NCBI RefSeq assembly: GCF_000485595.1
Contig: NW_014577078.1
Span: 329,773-393,772 of the forward strand
Reading direction: 5' to 3'
Source: Priapulus caudatus
Taxonomy: Eukaryota
DNA: 64,000 nucleotides
A program made the translations under genes and the position numbers. Below the pieces are notes generated by a model that saw only the letters and a program-made list of their open reading frames with translations, was not told the origin of the DNA and searched no databases. Below are positions 27,146 to 41,633 of the stretch, piece after piece. Numbering within the stretch: the first letter of the stretch is position 1; every line of letters begins with the position of its first letter.

Positions 27146-28119
27146 CAGTGCTCGAGGAGGATGAAGAAACAAATGTGGTTGTCCTGCGGAGCAACCCAGG
27201 CATCAAAATCGGGTTGTCCGCAAACAATTTCTGGTTGTCCAAAAAAATATCCCCAAATCCCGTATTTTCATGCACATAATAAATTACCAATATGGTCAGA
27301 AAACACACCAAAAAACAGTGGTGTAGCCAGGATTTTGTAACAAGGGGGGGGGTAAAAACAGAAACTGCGCAAAATAGTGGATGACTTTAATACTTTAATG
27401 GGCTCCTCCGTCTCCCGCGCTCTGCAACATCCTAATCGGCTCCTCTACCTTCTCTGCAATCTTTGTTTGGGTGGCCATGCGAAAGGCGACATTTTCGTTC
27501 ATTGTTCTCGTGTCCAAAGTATGTAATTGTTCAGTGGCGGATCTAGGATCCAGGGAGGGGGTGAAAAAAGCGGGGGGTATGGGGGCCTCCCCCAGAATTT
27601 TGAAATGTAGATCGCCAGGAGATGGTATTGCGCGGCAACTATTTGAGTACATATACAGCCTTCATTCTGACTTACGACAATTCTCTTTTTTTTTTTTTAC
27701 TTTCGATCAACATGAATCCGCGCACTGTTGTACTTTATTGTTTTGCAGGGCCAAAGGCCATCGCGAACACATTCGGCTAAAATAGATAATGGAATAAAAA
27801 ATACCAAAATGTAAGGTGAACTGCTGTTTGCTGTTTCCAAATCGAGTTAATTCACCTCTGCATGAAATCAAAAACGCTGAAGTATACCAGTGTTGGAAAT
27901 AGCAGCTGGTATGCCGTTGCTTTCCCACGACCGATAGATTAATGGCGGGCCGCCAGCGCTATAAGTGCTCTTGGCGATCCACTGAGATGAACAATAAATA
28001 AAGTGCGTTTTTCGTACATTTTCTTGGTTGTCCACCGGACAATGTCTCAGACTGGTTAGGTTGTCCGGCGCAAATTCTGGTTGTCTCGGACAACCGGACA
28101 ACGCTTATTTCGAGCACTG
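27146..28119. mobile_element. hAT-like non-autonomous element, 5-bp TSD
   Basis: TIRs cagtgctcga / tcgagcactg; TSD taaca; ggttgtcc subterminal repeats at both ends. Confidence 0.82.
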
Positions 28120-28458
28120 TAACAGCAAGTGTGTAAAGTAAGGCTAACGTGTCTTAGAACGCTCGTGCAATATTATTTTAACAAAATCTGAAAATCTGTT
28201 TACATCATGTTGATGCGGTTACGTGATGATCGATGGCACTTGTTTCTCGCGAGACCCTGTCTATGTACTTTTACATAGTAACTTTAATTAAGCAATAGAG
28301 ACAGAATCGTACCAGTCCACAACTACAACGTCACTCAATGAGATGCACTTGTGTCCGGTGGTTGCTAATTTCAAGGAAGTTGTCGCTATACAGAAGAATG
28401 TGACTGCCTTATTTGCTATTTTATATACCATAATAGCATAACCTTATCGTTATGGTGA

Positions 28459-29793
28459 TTTTTAGCTCGCCTTGACATCGTCATGCAAGATGAGCTATTG
28501 CCATGGGGTGTCGTCCGTCATACGTCCGTCCGTTCGTCCGTCCGTCAACATTTGGCTACGGTCAACGATAACTCAAGAACCGTTTGACCCACATGTTTCA
28601 AATTGCATATAGTTGTTACTCCTATGGGAGAGGGTTGAACGTCCTATTTTGGAGCATGCCAGTTGACCTACTTTCGAGCCACGTCCACTTTTTGGCAAAA
28701 ATGGAAATGGCCATAAGTCAGTTCAGGTTCAACGGATTTTGCTCATTTCTGGTATGTGAATGAATGAAGACTGGCCCCAAAACATATCACACAGGTTTAG
28801 ATATTTTTTTTTAATTATGCAAATTAGGTAGATTTTGGCAATTTCATTATGCATTTCAGTGTCTGCCTACGGTCAACGATAACTCAAGAACCGTTTGACC
28901 CACATGTTTCAAATTGCATACAGTTGTTACTCCTATGAGAGAGGTTTGAACGTCCTATTTTGGAGCACGCCAGTCGACCTACTTTCGAGCCACGTCCATT
29001 TTTTGGAAAAATGGAAATGGCCGTAAGTCAGTTCAGGTTCAACGGATTTTGCTCATTTCTGGTATGTGAATGAATAAGGACTGGCCCCAAAACATATCCC
29101 ACTGGTTTTTATATTTTTTTTTAAATTATGCAAATTAGGTAGATTTTAGCAATTTCACTATGCATTTCAGTGTCTGCCTACGGTCAACGATAACTCAAGA
29201 ACCGTTTGACCTACATGTTTCAAATTGCATACAGTTGTTACTCCTATGGGAGAGATTTGAACGTCCTATTTTGGAGCACGCCAGTCGACCTACTTTCGAG
29301 CCACGCCCACCTTTTGGCAAAAATGAAAATGGCCATCTAGATTTATTCGATTTTGTTAAATTTTGGTATATGAAAAGGCTAGCCCCAAAACAGTTGTTAC
29401 TCCTATGGGGAGAGATGACAACGCCCTATTGCGTTTATTTCATCTAACTGGTTAACAACTCTACAATCATACCTATATACGTGTAATACTGTGTTTTAGA
29501 TTCTTCGTTACAGTAATTTGACTGGAATATTTTATTGTTTTTATTTGCACGATATTCGAAAACCAAAATGGCAATCATTTATGCGTAGCGCCATCTCTCG
29601 TCAAGATTTCAGACTTTCAGATCTGAAACATTTATTTTCGCATCAAAACTTTTGCATATATCATTATCAAGAGTATATAATGGGAGATATGCTATATGAT
29701 GGGAGTTCTCCCATATATACTCTTGCTTTATATATCCCCCCTCCCTCTTCTATCACACCCAATGTGAGCTACAGTGTCATTGACGCTTTCATT
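28459..29793 (+). mobile_element. Helentron/HINE-like element, family H2, with about 2.6 tandem copies of a 311-bp core
   Basis: 5' ttagctcgccttg..caagatgagct, then (GTCC)n; core units start at 28556, 28867 and 29178; 3' gtgagct subTIR followed by the agtgtcattgacgct palindrome. Confidence 0.82.
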
Positions 29794-29828
29794 ATATTAG
29801 TGTGATCAATAACATGTTTGCTATACTA

Positions 29829-30102
29829 CAGGGCTGCCAACTCTCACGCATTGACCGTGAGACTCACGCATTTTGACCAAATCTCACGCTCTCACGCTGA
29901 TCTTACAATATCTCACGCACAGCAAAAAAAATCTTACAATATCTGAAAACAGTCACTTTAGTATGCACCAAATTGCACAAATTGAAGTTATAAAATGCAA
30001 ATTAAGCTCCCTACCGTGGGAGTGGGGAAACCTCCTCCCCCCCTCGGTCGCTTCGCTCCCTCGCATCTCACTCTCACCTATCACCCAATGTTGGCAGCCC
30101 TG
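29829..30102. mobile_element. hAT-like MITE with apparent 7-bp TSD
   Basis: TIRs cagggctgccaac / gttggcagccctg; tatacta on both flanks; ctcacgc repeats. Confidence 0.8.
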
Positions 30103-31413
30103 TATACTAGGTGAGACTATATTTCGCTATATTCTTTCTCAGTTGTACGGTTATTTATGAAATAATTCCTTTAAGTGAAAAGCCTTGTTTTGGTTAACTC
30201 AATCGGACAGTAGCCTCACGCACAACGAGTACGAGGGCTGGGGCGGGTTGCATGGACAATATTCTCTGCGGAACTACTTCAAGCATTGTTCATAGATTTT
30301 ATGGCAATTGCAGGTTGGAAAGCGGTGCAATCCTACTAGTTTTCGCGTCACAGCTAAAGCTGTGGCTCTCGGGTGAGCCGGGGTGGAGGGAGGCTTTACT
30401 GCAAATGTGCTTGGTGACAATCCCATTGTGTGCAGATGAAGGTTAAGTGAGCTCATAAACTTAAACTAGTTGGTATTCAGGCGTACCCGATTGCGTCGTG
30501 TGCTTGCGGGCGGGCGTGTATGCGCAGTTGGGCACATCTATGACCGGGTCATACAGCTACGTTACGGATTTAGATGTAATATAAGTGTGCGCCTCCCATC
30601 TAGATGCGTTCTTTTCACTTGGCACACTCACTGTAAAGTTTCACACGCGGTGTATAGTTTTATGACGTAGAAGGAGGATGTATGCCGGTAAACTTCTAAA
30701 TATTTATGCAGAAGAAATAGTGGCCGTCCGCGTATTTGACTGATTTCATCATATTCTAACTGTTTCCAGTGTGCTATATGGAAATCCTTAATGCAGTGGA
30801 GTTATAGAGGGTGTGATTGTATAAGTTTAGTTAGCTTGTAAGGGGGCTTGCATGGTGATCTGGCTTAGGCGGATATCGTAATCCTGACATTAGATATTCA
30901 CAGGACATCAATGTGCCGTCCTTACCATGAGTATTGTTAACATGGTAACTAACTCCTAGATGTCATTCATGCCATTTTCATCTCATGGGAACGATAGCTG
31001 TACAACTCTGAAGGCTTGTCTAAGGTTGGGAAAACCTTGCTTATCTGCATAACCTTAGGCCAATAGCTTCTTGTCTGCAGACAATGAAAACCAGGAAGTC
31101 AATATAACGGTGAAGTTAAGGCTATATAATATATGAAATCAAGTTTTGTCAATTTTTTGAGGAACTACATGCTAAATGTTAATTACTTTGGTTGTGCTTC
31201 TACATACCAGGGTTGTGTGTATCATATTATCAAGAGCAGATAAAGAAGGAGAGCGTACAACGGTAAAATGCTGAAACCATGCTGCAGTATTAGTCGAATT
31301 AATAAACTTTTCCCGTTTTATTTTGACGATCTGCTGTCTTACCTTGTTCATATAAAACAAACCGTATGTCCCTACGATGCCCCTACGCTGAGATAATGAG
31401 CGGTGAAAATCTT

Positions 31414-31734
31414 GTATTTTCGCCAAAAGCCGAACACGATCAGTGTGTACTGCGTCCCTCACTCGAAGTGTTATTACTTCATGAAACCTCGTGTTTCCGT
31501 CAATGATTGACAAATGGAATGAATGACGTCTGTTATTGATTGCCATAGTGATGACCCCCACCTGTGCCCACCTCACGCCCACCTCACGCTGGATGTATAG
31601 TAAACTCTGGTAGTATTATCCATAGTGGCGCTGACTCACCGCTACACAGCGGCGACCGGAAGCAACACACTGGAAACACTTCGAGTGAGGGACACAGTAC
31701 ACACTGATCTCGAGTCGGTTTTCGGCGAAAATAC
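31414..31734. mobile_element. Foldback/MITE-like element with about 60-bp inverted arms
   Basis: gtattttcgccaaaagccg..ccctcactcgaagtgtt versus aacacttcgagtgaggg..cggttttcggcgaaaatac. Confidence 0.7.
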
Positions 31735-31768
31735 CGAAATTACTGTACTACCGGTATAGCAAAGCCTA

Positions 31769-31878
31769 TCAACGCGGTGGCGGGAGGGCGCACTTGATTC
31801 GGTTGCCAGTGAGTTTATCAGAAGAATAGCCGGCTACAGTACACGTCAGTTGAGCGCTGTCGCTCTGCGGCACTTGTT
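31769..31878 (+). repeat. 3' end of a HINE-like repeat, near-identical to 1547-1656
   Basis: tcaacgcggtggcgggagggcgcacttgattcgg...gctctgcggcacttgtt occurs at both positions. Confidence 0.85.
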
Positions 31879-32966
31879 GTATCAAATTGTAGTCTATTCT
31901 ATTGGCGCTTCCTTAGTAAGTGCGTTTTGACCATACTACGTATTTAACGTTTGTTGTGTACTGTTCTTGATAATCCAATGGCGAGGTTTCTTGTTGTGTA
32001 GTGAATTATTTCCGGGCAAAGGTTACGTTCATTATGCGCCAGCTTTAGTGAGTTTTCTTCTGCTGGCAGTGTGCTTGGTTGTTTGTGGGTTTCTTCATTT
32101 TTTGCCATGACACTTGCTCTTTATAACAAACACTTGTAACCGTTGCAGCATTATTTGTGGCAAAATACGGATATATACCTGCCAACATGCGAGAGTTCAG
32201 GGCATTCGTTGTGCAAATAGGAGATAAGCAGACACACGCAGTGTTGCTGAGATTCAAGAATGTTCCTATGTAGGACAAATAGGTGCATAATAAATGAATT
32301 TCTTCATGATAAAATCCGAATATGGGCTACGCGTGTTTTCAGTTCGTCTGACACAGTTAGATGCAACATGTAGAATGCATGAGTCCGTCCGCCCGTCAAC
32401 GTTATAGGCACAAATCTAAACGGCTTGACGTGCGGTGTTGATATTCGGGTTATGGGGTTGGGGGGACAATCCGAAAACAATGGGAAAAAGGTATAGGATG
32501 AAATGAGGAATTGTGGCATAAATGTAAACGTCTTGATCTATGTTCTTGATATAAGGTATATAGCTACATGATGAGAAAAACCATAAGCGTCACAAAAGTT
32601 TAGATCACAGGTCAATTGGCAGTCTGGCAAAAAATAGATTTTAGACATTCTCCGAGGACATGGTCTGACTGACTGAATTAATTGATTGATTTTGATTTAT
32701 GGCTTAATTATTGAAAGGACCACGACATGTACTCTACATTGTTGTGCGAAGAGTAGCTAGCTGACTGGTGATCTTTTGACCCTCAAAAGGAGGGTTAAAC
32801 ATTGAGGTTACTGTTAACAAATTAGACAGACGTGACATACGGTGTTGATGTTCGGAACTCGGTGTGGGGTGGGGCAATCCAACAAGACATTGGAAGGTCG
32901 AAGCTGGGGTTCAAGGGTCAAAGATTAGAAAGCGGGAAGGAAGGGGAATATTCCCCCATAACTTTA

Positions 32967-33238
32967 AGGGGGGCTTATGTCGGGCTTGCGAGCCGACTCG
33001 ACTGGAAGCAACTGGATTTCGAGCAACTGGAAGCAACTGGATTTCGAGCAACTGCATGGAAGCGATCGGCAGCGACTAGTTGCGTCCAGTTGCCCACTGT
33101 TCTATTCCGAGCAACTATAGTGGCGGCCAGTCGCAGGCAGTCGCGTCGCAGTCGACCGACCTAAGCACTGCAGTCGCAGTGAATTGCAGCCAGTTGCTTC
33201 CAGTCGAGTCGGCTCGCAAGCCTGACATAAGCCCCCCT
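32967..33238. mobile_element. PIF/Harbinger-like MITE nested in a diverged H1 copy
   Basis: About 50-bp near-perfect TIRs (aggggggcttatgtcgggcttgcgagccgactcgactggaagcaactgg); TTA TSD; the uninterrupted site is visible in H1 at about 21540. Confidence 0.88.
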
Positions 33239-34629
33239 TTAGGTAAAGGACCAGCATTGGGGAAATGCGGAATTGTGGCACAAATGTAAACTGTAATTTT
33301 TCGTGTTTATTTTGTCAATATGTAGAGACAGTGTATAGTGGTTTGAAGAGCCTACGTAACAGAATCAGATGCACTTTTGTAATAATTAGAAACACTTGTG
33401 TTTGCGGCGCAATTTGTCAATTAAATGTCTCTGCCCTGCATTATTACACATTGCTCTGCATTGTTGATAATTTCCAAATTCGTGTATTTAGCAACATATC
33501 CGCAAATGGATGAGATTATATGGTACTACAAATTTTTATTTTATGTTGTATTGTGGAAATAATAAACTGTCTACGCTCAAACTTAGGACAGGGATATATA
33601 TACTCATTGTGTCACTTGACGTGTTACACAGTTCGAGCATGTATAACTGCATTTTGACTAGAACTAAATTTCTTAGCATCGAGAGGGATTAAATGTGTTC
33701 CTAGACCTCGTATGTTCACTATAGCTTATGGTAAGGTATAAGCATCCTCCATTATCTTCTGAAGGAATTTACCCTGCCAGTAATACTGTGCAGTATCACT
33801 GGAAAATTTCTGTTTATGGTTTTTCTCAGAAAGGAATTTTCTCTGCTCAGAAAGATCTCTATTATAGATGAATCCTTGACATACCATGCGGGCAGGGCAA
33901 ATGCGGCCTGGTCATTAGAATGAGAGGCATCAACTTGAAAGTGGGCTCTGTGTGCCTGTGGTGAGCTGCTTTTAGAACACATCCACACAGATGGTTTCAG
34001 AAGCAGTTGAAATCCTGTATGTTTATGTGCACATGCAGCAGCAAAGCCAGGAAATGGCTTTTGCCCCCAGCCCACACCGTTTACCCACCAGTAGAGGTCC
34101 TAGACTGGCACTACGGCCCAGGACATCGTTGTCTTTTGTGCACGCTCTTGTGGCAGTTGAACTGTGGTCACTGCTACCAGGAATCGGTCTAGATTTTCCT
34201 CTAAATGGAACAGAGAACCTGGCATTTGTGTGCAAGCCAAGTAAGTGGTCAGACAGTCGTAATGTATGATCGGCATCAGCATCCAACTCGTGAGCGGTCT
34301 TCTTGGTCATCTGACGCAAGATGGTCACAGTTGCTATAAAGTGTATGATTCTTTTTTGTGTCACGTAAATGATACGATCGATATTTTGCTCTTTATGGAG
34401 AGGGATTTTCTAATAATATAATTAGCACTGAATATCAAAGCACACGTGCGTGCGTGTGTGCGTGGTCATGCATTCGTGCGTGTGTGCGTGCCTGTGCATG
34501 TGTGCGTGCGTGCTTGTGAGGTTGCATGTGTGTGAGATAGTGCGCGCGCGTGCGTGCGTGTGGGATTGCGCGTGCGTGCGTGTGAGATTGCACATGCGTG
34601 TGTGCTCACGCGTACGTGCGTCCGTTTGT

Positions 34630-34669
<40 letters not shown>

Positions 34670-36603
34670 ACGTTTGTGTGCTTGTGTGTGTGCGCATGTC
34701 CGCTGCTGCTCTCTCATTGGTGGAACTATATATCACGGTTTCCAGTAACATAATTATTATGTCATACCCATTATAGTGTGCCAAATATTGATAGGTAGTG
34801 AATGTGGCAAAGTTTAATTGTGTGCAATATGACATTTTAAATGAATCATAATAAATATAATTCATTGTTTTGGTAACTTCTGTTACAAAATATATAATTA
34901 TCCTTTCATAATGTTGGAAAATAGTTTTTCACATCTGCAGTTTGGTGACACAAATAATTGTGGTATCGACACCTGCATGTAAATAGATTGTTCGTTCGCG
35001 CAGATAGCTGTGACAATAATTAAATCTATGTAATCGATGATGGACATTTTGCATTGGGTTTCCTATTTTCTGCCGTTTATCACTATAGTATTAAAGCCTA
35101 TGCGAACCACCAAAAAATGCGTCTGTTAAACCTAGTAATGTTTAGCTGTGTTCATAGCTTCATAGCTTTTTTAACTATATGTTATGCATTAGTAAAATAT
35201 AATTATTAAGCACTAAATGTATTTTTAACGCGATTTTGTAAAGGAACTATGTGAAAAGCGCGTTTCGTGTGACGTCACACAGATGACGTAGATTTGGGTG
35301 TCTATTCTCGAAACACGAGTCGGCTCGTGGTAGAGTCAGCTCGTGGTAACATTGTACAGTAAACCTCCGCTAAACTTGATTGATCGCCGTAGTAATTATA
35401 GTATTACTTAATAGATGGTACTGCTTACGCAAACATTAAATGAGAATGCCCATTCTATACTCACCCCAGTCTTAGAATTATATATTTGACCTATATTTTC
35501 CCTTCAAAATAATACTAAGAGAAGCGTTGGTAATTAACACTCGGTTAAAGCAGCGCATATTGAGCCCGCTTAGAAGAAGCGCCGTGTAACCTACGATATT
35601 TATGTCATGATATCACGATAATTAAAGAATTTTTACACCAAATTTTCACAGATAATCATAGTACTAATATCCTACTAACTAAATATATAAGCTTTGTTCG
35701 ATATCTATTGAAATTCTAAAATAAATCGACATATATGTCTCTCTCTACTTTTGCAAAAAGTACTAGAACAGTCACCGAAGTTTACATATACACCGCCGTG
35801 AGTATTTTGCTCAACATATCAGAACAAATCGAACATATTTATACCTTATCTACCAATTTATACCAACTAATTTATACCCTAATATACCTGCTTATAGCAC
35901 TATCATGATCCCAACCCAATATATAAGTTTTGTTCGAAATCTGTTGATATAATTGAAGGAAGAAATCGATATATGTCTCTACCGTTGCTACTAGTTCTAC
36001 ACGGCACACAGTCAAAGACGTGCAGAGATTTTTACGTAATAGGCTGATTCCATGACGTAGCTGAACTAATGACTGAGAAACTCGTATAAATGGTATTGCA
36101 GAGCGACAGGACTCATCCCACAGGTAATGAATGCTTTGCTGTTGCTGATTGTGGAGCTGTTCCTAATGCTGGTAATGCTACTGCTGCAAGTGCGGTGCCT
36201 GTTGATGCAGCAGCAGCAGCTGCTGCTGCTGCTCCACATGCTGTAATGATTGATTTTGGCACTAATACTCTAACGTGACCAGGGTCTTTCACTGTAAAAC
36301 GACGTGGGAGCCTCCTAAGATGAGCTCCTCCAGTCACTGCAGGTTCATGCCGGTGTCATTTGACCCTTGGCTGTCAGTTCTCACCTTTCTCTTCGTCTCG
36401 GATAGCTCCTTGTTTTACGTGCTGGGATATCAACTTCGCAGATAAAGCACATTAAATTTGTGCCACTGCTGTTGACGAATCTACGTTTGTACGAATGGAT
36501 GAATGGAAGGACAGCACTGTACTGGCAACATTACTGAAGGTGTGAGCCGGAGAGATAGAGCAATTTTGGTCATTTTTATAGGATGGTTAGTAGTGTTAGC
36601 TAA

Positions 36604-37240
36604 TTTTTAACTCACCTTGACATCGTCAAGATGAGCTATTGCCATGGGGCATCGTCCATCGTACGTCCGTCCGTCCATCCGTCCGTCATCATTTGGCTAC
36701 GGTCAACGATAACTTGAGAACCATTTGACGTACATGTTTCAAATTGCATACAGTTNNNNNNNNNNNNNNNNNNNNNNNNNTACTTTCGAGCCACGCCCAC
36801 TTTTTGGCAAAAATGAAAATGGCCATCTAGATTCATTCGATTTTGTTAAATTTACCTACCTAGCTACCTACCTACCTACCTACATAAATATACATAAATA
36901 TACCTACGTGTAATATTGTGTTTTAGATTCTTCATTACAGTAATTTGACTGAAAATTTTATTGCTTTTATTTGCGCGGTAATCGAAAACCAAAATGGCGA
37001 TCATTTAGGCGTAGGTTCATCTCTCGCCCAGATATCAGACTTTCAGATCTGAAACAATTATTTTCGCATCAAAATTAACCCTGAAACAAAACAGTGAAAT
37101 TTCTATTAGTATAAAACATGGAATAAGGACATTTGATCACATTTCAGTCCGTCATAAATGAAACGCTTGCCAAATTCTAAATATCATCTCCCTCTTCTAT
37201 CACACCCAAGGTGAGCTATAGTGCCATTGACACTTTCATT
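36604..37240 (+). mobile_element. Family H2 copy containing a 25-N gap
   Basis: Same termini and core as 28459-29793. Confidence 0.8.
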
Positions 37241-37400
37241 CATAACAGAAATTTAGTCCTAATCTTATCTAGGAAATGTCCAACTTTTTCCCGCAGATTT
37301 TCAATGGTTCGCACATAGTATAGTTCACCTACCGAGTTTGTAAGTCCCATTCCTCTGTAGCAACGTGATCGCGCCAAGTTAAATAGAACACTGATTGGGT

Positions 37401-37515
37401 TTCAATGTTCTATGTTCTATGTTCAATGTTCTATGTGCTATGTTCTATGTTCTATGTTCAATGTTCTATATGCTATGTTCTATGTTCTATGTTCAATGTT
37501 CTATGTTCAATGTTC
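37401..37515. repeat. 7-mer tandem repeat (TTCTATG/TTCAATG)n
   Basis: Direct reading. Confidence 0.9.
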
Positions 37516-37834
37516 TTGATCATATTATCAGGATCATATTATCTCTATTATTCACTCCTGATATCATCTATCTATCTGACTGTGTGTCTGTGTGTCTCTG
37601 TGTGTGTCTGTCTGTCTGCGTGCGTGCGGTGGGCGTGTTTATAAAAAGGTAAACATTAGCCTCTAGTGTAAGTGTCTGTAGTTTCTCGTGACAAAGCAAG
37701 TAGTTTTACTGTCAGCTTCTCCCTCAAAGACGGCTCATTCATTGAAATTTGTTTAAAACAAGGATTTCAAATAGTCTTCCTGTCCGCGTATTTTTTTCGA
37801 CCACTAAAGTACTTACTGGTGTTGCTTGTGTAAC

Positions 37835-38165
37835 AACAAGTGTCTGAAGTAAGGCTAACATGTCTTAGAACACTCGTACAGCGGTTTTTCACAAAAAAAT
37901 ATACAACGATTGAAATCTGTTTGTTAACATCGTGTTGATGCGGTTACTAGCTGATGCCAATTGCTTCTCGCGAGACCCTAGCTGTCTCTGTACTTTGACA
38001 TGGTAACTTGAATAGCATTAAGCAATAGAGATGTTGTACCAGTCTAGAACCACTGCGCCACTCAGTGAAATGCCTCTTTGTCTGGTGGTCGCCGATTTCA
38101 AGTGAATTGCGGCTATACAAAAGAATGTGGCTGCATTATATGCTCTTTTATACACCATAGCAGCA
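37835..38165 (+). repeat. Dispersed repeat also at about 28125-28440 and about 3888-4140
   Basis: Shared agtaaggctaacatgtcttag, with tctcgcgagaccct also shared with the 28.1 kb copy. Confidence 0.7.
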
Positions 38166-39247
38166 TAAACCCATGATATAGTAGCTTTTATGCTTGACTA
38201 ATCAGTTATATGTTCGCTATATATATTAGGTGAAACTTTTCGATTGTGCAGTTATTTATAAAAATGTGTCGAAGCAAAAATAAGAGCCATGTCAGGAAAA
38301 TTGTGTAGGTCTTCATTTTTATTAAAATGTTGAGGTTTCTGCTTCTCCTTTTAACTGGGTTTACAGTATCACAAGTCCACGAGTTGATCAACTTTTTACG
38401 TTCTATCAACCTTTCTATCAGATGTTCAGCGCATTTACGTTATAGACAGTGACTGCGAGTTGGCAAACGTTTCAACATTTCAACTGCAGCATACACGCAG
38501 GGCGAAGTGGATACGCATTTTTCATGTATTAATTTGCGCCAAGAGGAGCACGTGCCGCAGATGCGCAATGTGCGCAATTAATTTTCCCCTGGTTAGAGGG
38601 ACACACACCCTGATTGGCAGTGATTGCTACTATCTGAGTGGCTGCATGGGAAAAAGTTTATCAACTCGTTGACCGAAAGTTGAGAAAATAGAACATCAGC
38701 GAGTTGAACGCTCAACTTTTACGTTTACAGTGCCTGCCGACTTTTGGTCGATTACTTGAAAACTTGATCAACTCGTCAAATTTGTAACAGAAGGTTGATA
38801 GTGTAAACCCAGCTTTAGTCATTGTGGAATTCAGCATTACCAAGGCAATAACTGATAGTTTTACATGGTTTTTCATGTGTTGGCCATCAATGCCTCTAAA
38901 GAATGCAGTCTGTACGGGGAACAAGGTACATGAAAGGGTGAAGTGTCATGCTCGTATTGCAATACTAAAGTAATTCTGCAGCACTTAGTGAGACAATTCG
39001 ACTGAAATGCATGATCAGTCACTCGCGGCACAAGGTGCCTCCCACGGGCTCTCAACTGATACAATATCAGCTCACTCTACTATAACGTCTCACAACATTT
39101 AGTATCGCATTTCCACATATGTGCGTACATCAGTCGCTGGTGGCAGCTAGGTACTAGGAATCAGTTTAGTAATGTATTTCAGTAAAGAATGTATGTTGCA
39201 GTGGTGGCATTATTGCGCGTGATGTCGCAGTGCAATGAATATGCCTA

Positions 39248-39580
39248 TCTTACTATAAATTGGGGAATTTCTGTCTGCGTGTTTGTGTGTCCGGCTATAC
39301 GTTTCCGCACCGCTCAACGGAACAAACTTGGTCGGAACATTCTACAGATAATGACACGTTGCATGGGCTATTTTTTTCACATTGCACGTTCAAAAACATT
39401 AAAAAAGTGGGAAATTTTTGCACCGAACGCGGGGCTCTAATGAAAACAAACCGCGCCACCTATCGGATCTTATATGAATTAATATATTGTTTTAACACTT
39501 TTAATAAAGAAATTTTTTTCTAGAAATAAATATAAACGTACACGGCAGTGTCCACGGCAGTGGCAACGGGCAGTGTCTAG
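39248..39580 (+). mobile_element. Non-autonomous Helitron-like element
   Basis: A|TCttactata start, GT-rich stretch, GC-rich subterminal region, CTAG|T end, no TSD. Confidence 0.65.
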
Positions 39581-41125
39581 TTCACTAGCGTAATTAAACT
39601 GTCATTGTAAGTACATCGTCTAAGCAGCCTGCGGGTAATACTTGTAGTTTTTTAAGATCTCTTAAAATCCGGAAGGATGTTGTGCGTCATACCAGATTTC
39701 CTGAAAGGAATGCAATGTTTAGTATGTCTAGTTTTAAAAGTAAAATGTTAAGAAACATGAGTGGCATCTAACAATGATACGTGAAAGTTAGCATTGATTG
39801 GTCTAAAACAAATCAGACAAGGTGGACGAATGAAAGAAAACGATTTCTTTGCTAGTGTCATGTTATAAATATAAAGAATGAGGAATACGAGCATTACAAG
39901 TACGAACAAAATTTCCCTGACGATTCACACCATGCTCTTTGTACTTGTTTATGTCGGGGCAATTTTGTATAAAATCTACTGACAATGTATTGATAATCAG
40001 CACATTTCACATTATGTTATTGTAGATTAATTCAATAACAAGTAGGGAAGCTCCATCTTCATATTGTTGCTGAATGTTGAAAAATGGATGTCAATTTGGA
40101 ATCCATTCACTGCATGCACATTAAGCATAGACAAGTACCCCCCCCCCTCCCTGATTTCAGTTGCCCCTTGGACATTTGGTAACATTTGGATGGGCTGGAG
40201 GTGTTTTCGTAAGGCGTTTATTGCAGAAACTGGAGAAATTGAGGCTTTATTTTTGTTTGTGGGGCTTCTGTTCATCATAAACTTTCCAAAAATATCACCG
40301 TTACAAGTAAGGGTTTGCATATCACAGCGTCCTGAACATCTGTTGGCCTTGGTTAGTGGTTGCAGCAGTTTGTATGCAGGAAGCAAGAGACAGAGCAGTC
40401 AGTATATATGTGTGCGTGTGTGTGTGTGTGTGTGGGAGGCTGAGCGTGTGCAGACATGTGTGCATAGTGTGCCTCAGCAGCAGTGCTCTGTACCACAACA
40501 GCAATCCATAGGCTTGGTTGACATACTTCGAAATCTGAAGCCAGTGGATCACCTTACGGTATCACGTCTCTGGAGACTGCAGGAGTTAACTGTATATGAG
40601 TAAAAAAAAAGAATTCGACAGAATCCCCCATGAACATGCATTTCTCCACCTAATATATATGTATAAGGCAAGATGGCATCAGGATCGCTGCCTCAGATGC
40701 AAATTTATTAACGATAATGCAATGAACCTGAACTTGAACTCCACTAAAAATCCAATAACATTCATGCGTGCTGCTTTCTCCTACACATAATCGCAATCCA
40801 GATAGTTACTGTATTGTATTTGCACTGAAGCTTACGCAAGGACTTCATGTGTAAAATTCTGCCACTTGTCAAACCTATTGTAAAAAGGTGCCATGCAGTG
40901 CACGATGCCTACCATTAGGTCATTTTTTAAAGGCATTTAGGGTGTTTTTACTATTTTAATGTTTTGCCATATATAAGATACTGTCATTGTCCAGTAGTTC
41001 AAACCTTTCTCCACACTTCGTGAGTGCGTGAAAGCGTGTATTCTATGTGCCAGTACCGCTCAGATGGCAACAACGGTTTTCCTGTGTGCAACCATATAAC
41101 TGATATATACATACATACGCACGCA

Positions 41126-41177
<52 letters not shown>

Positions 41178-41633
41178 ACTGATGAAAATGCACACTTGCC
41201 CAATTGCACAAAGCAAGTAACAGCAATGTTTGGCAGCATTTTATTGAAAAGTGCCCCTGAATGTGACTCGAGGGATTGTAAATATAGGTATGCATTCCAT
41301 AATTAGTAGAATCACTGTTTTCCCTGTCATTTTATTATTATACAGCATGGTATTGTCCATTTCTATACCAATAGAATCAATACTAATTCACCCTGTTTAT
41401 AACTGGTAGGAACACGTTGATGCAGAATTGGCTCATGAGTGCAATTTTAATTGTTGATTGTAAGTGGTGAAACGTAAAGTGCACTCTGATTAGCTCAGGT
41501 CTCAAAACTCAGCTAGTAAGAACGTGCGAAGTACAAAGACAGCATGTTTACAGTATAGACTGTACCCTCTTTCTACACTTTATTAAGAGAGTATAGAAAA
41601 GGTACTAATCTAATGTATACTAAATTATATATT

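Noticed and set aside
33750..34370. Overlapping ORFs with a faint Cys/His (SWIM-like) pattern on the minus strand
   Set aside because: Multiple stops and no recognisable family; a TBLASTX or HMM search would be needed.
36090..36337. Poly-Ala/Gln ORFs as a nested gene or extra YAP exon
   Set aside because: Driven by (GCA/GCT)n, with no convincing splice pair or homology.
40027..40603. 119-aa and 179-aa ORFs in the long intron
   Set aside because: No recognisable domain, and one runs through a (GT)n repeat.
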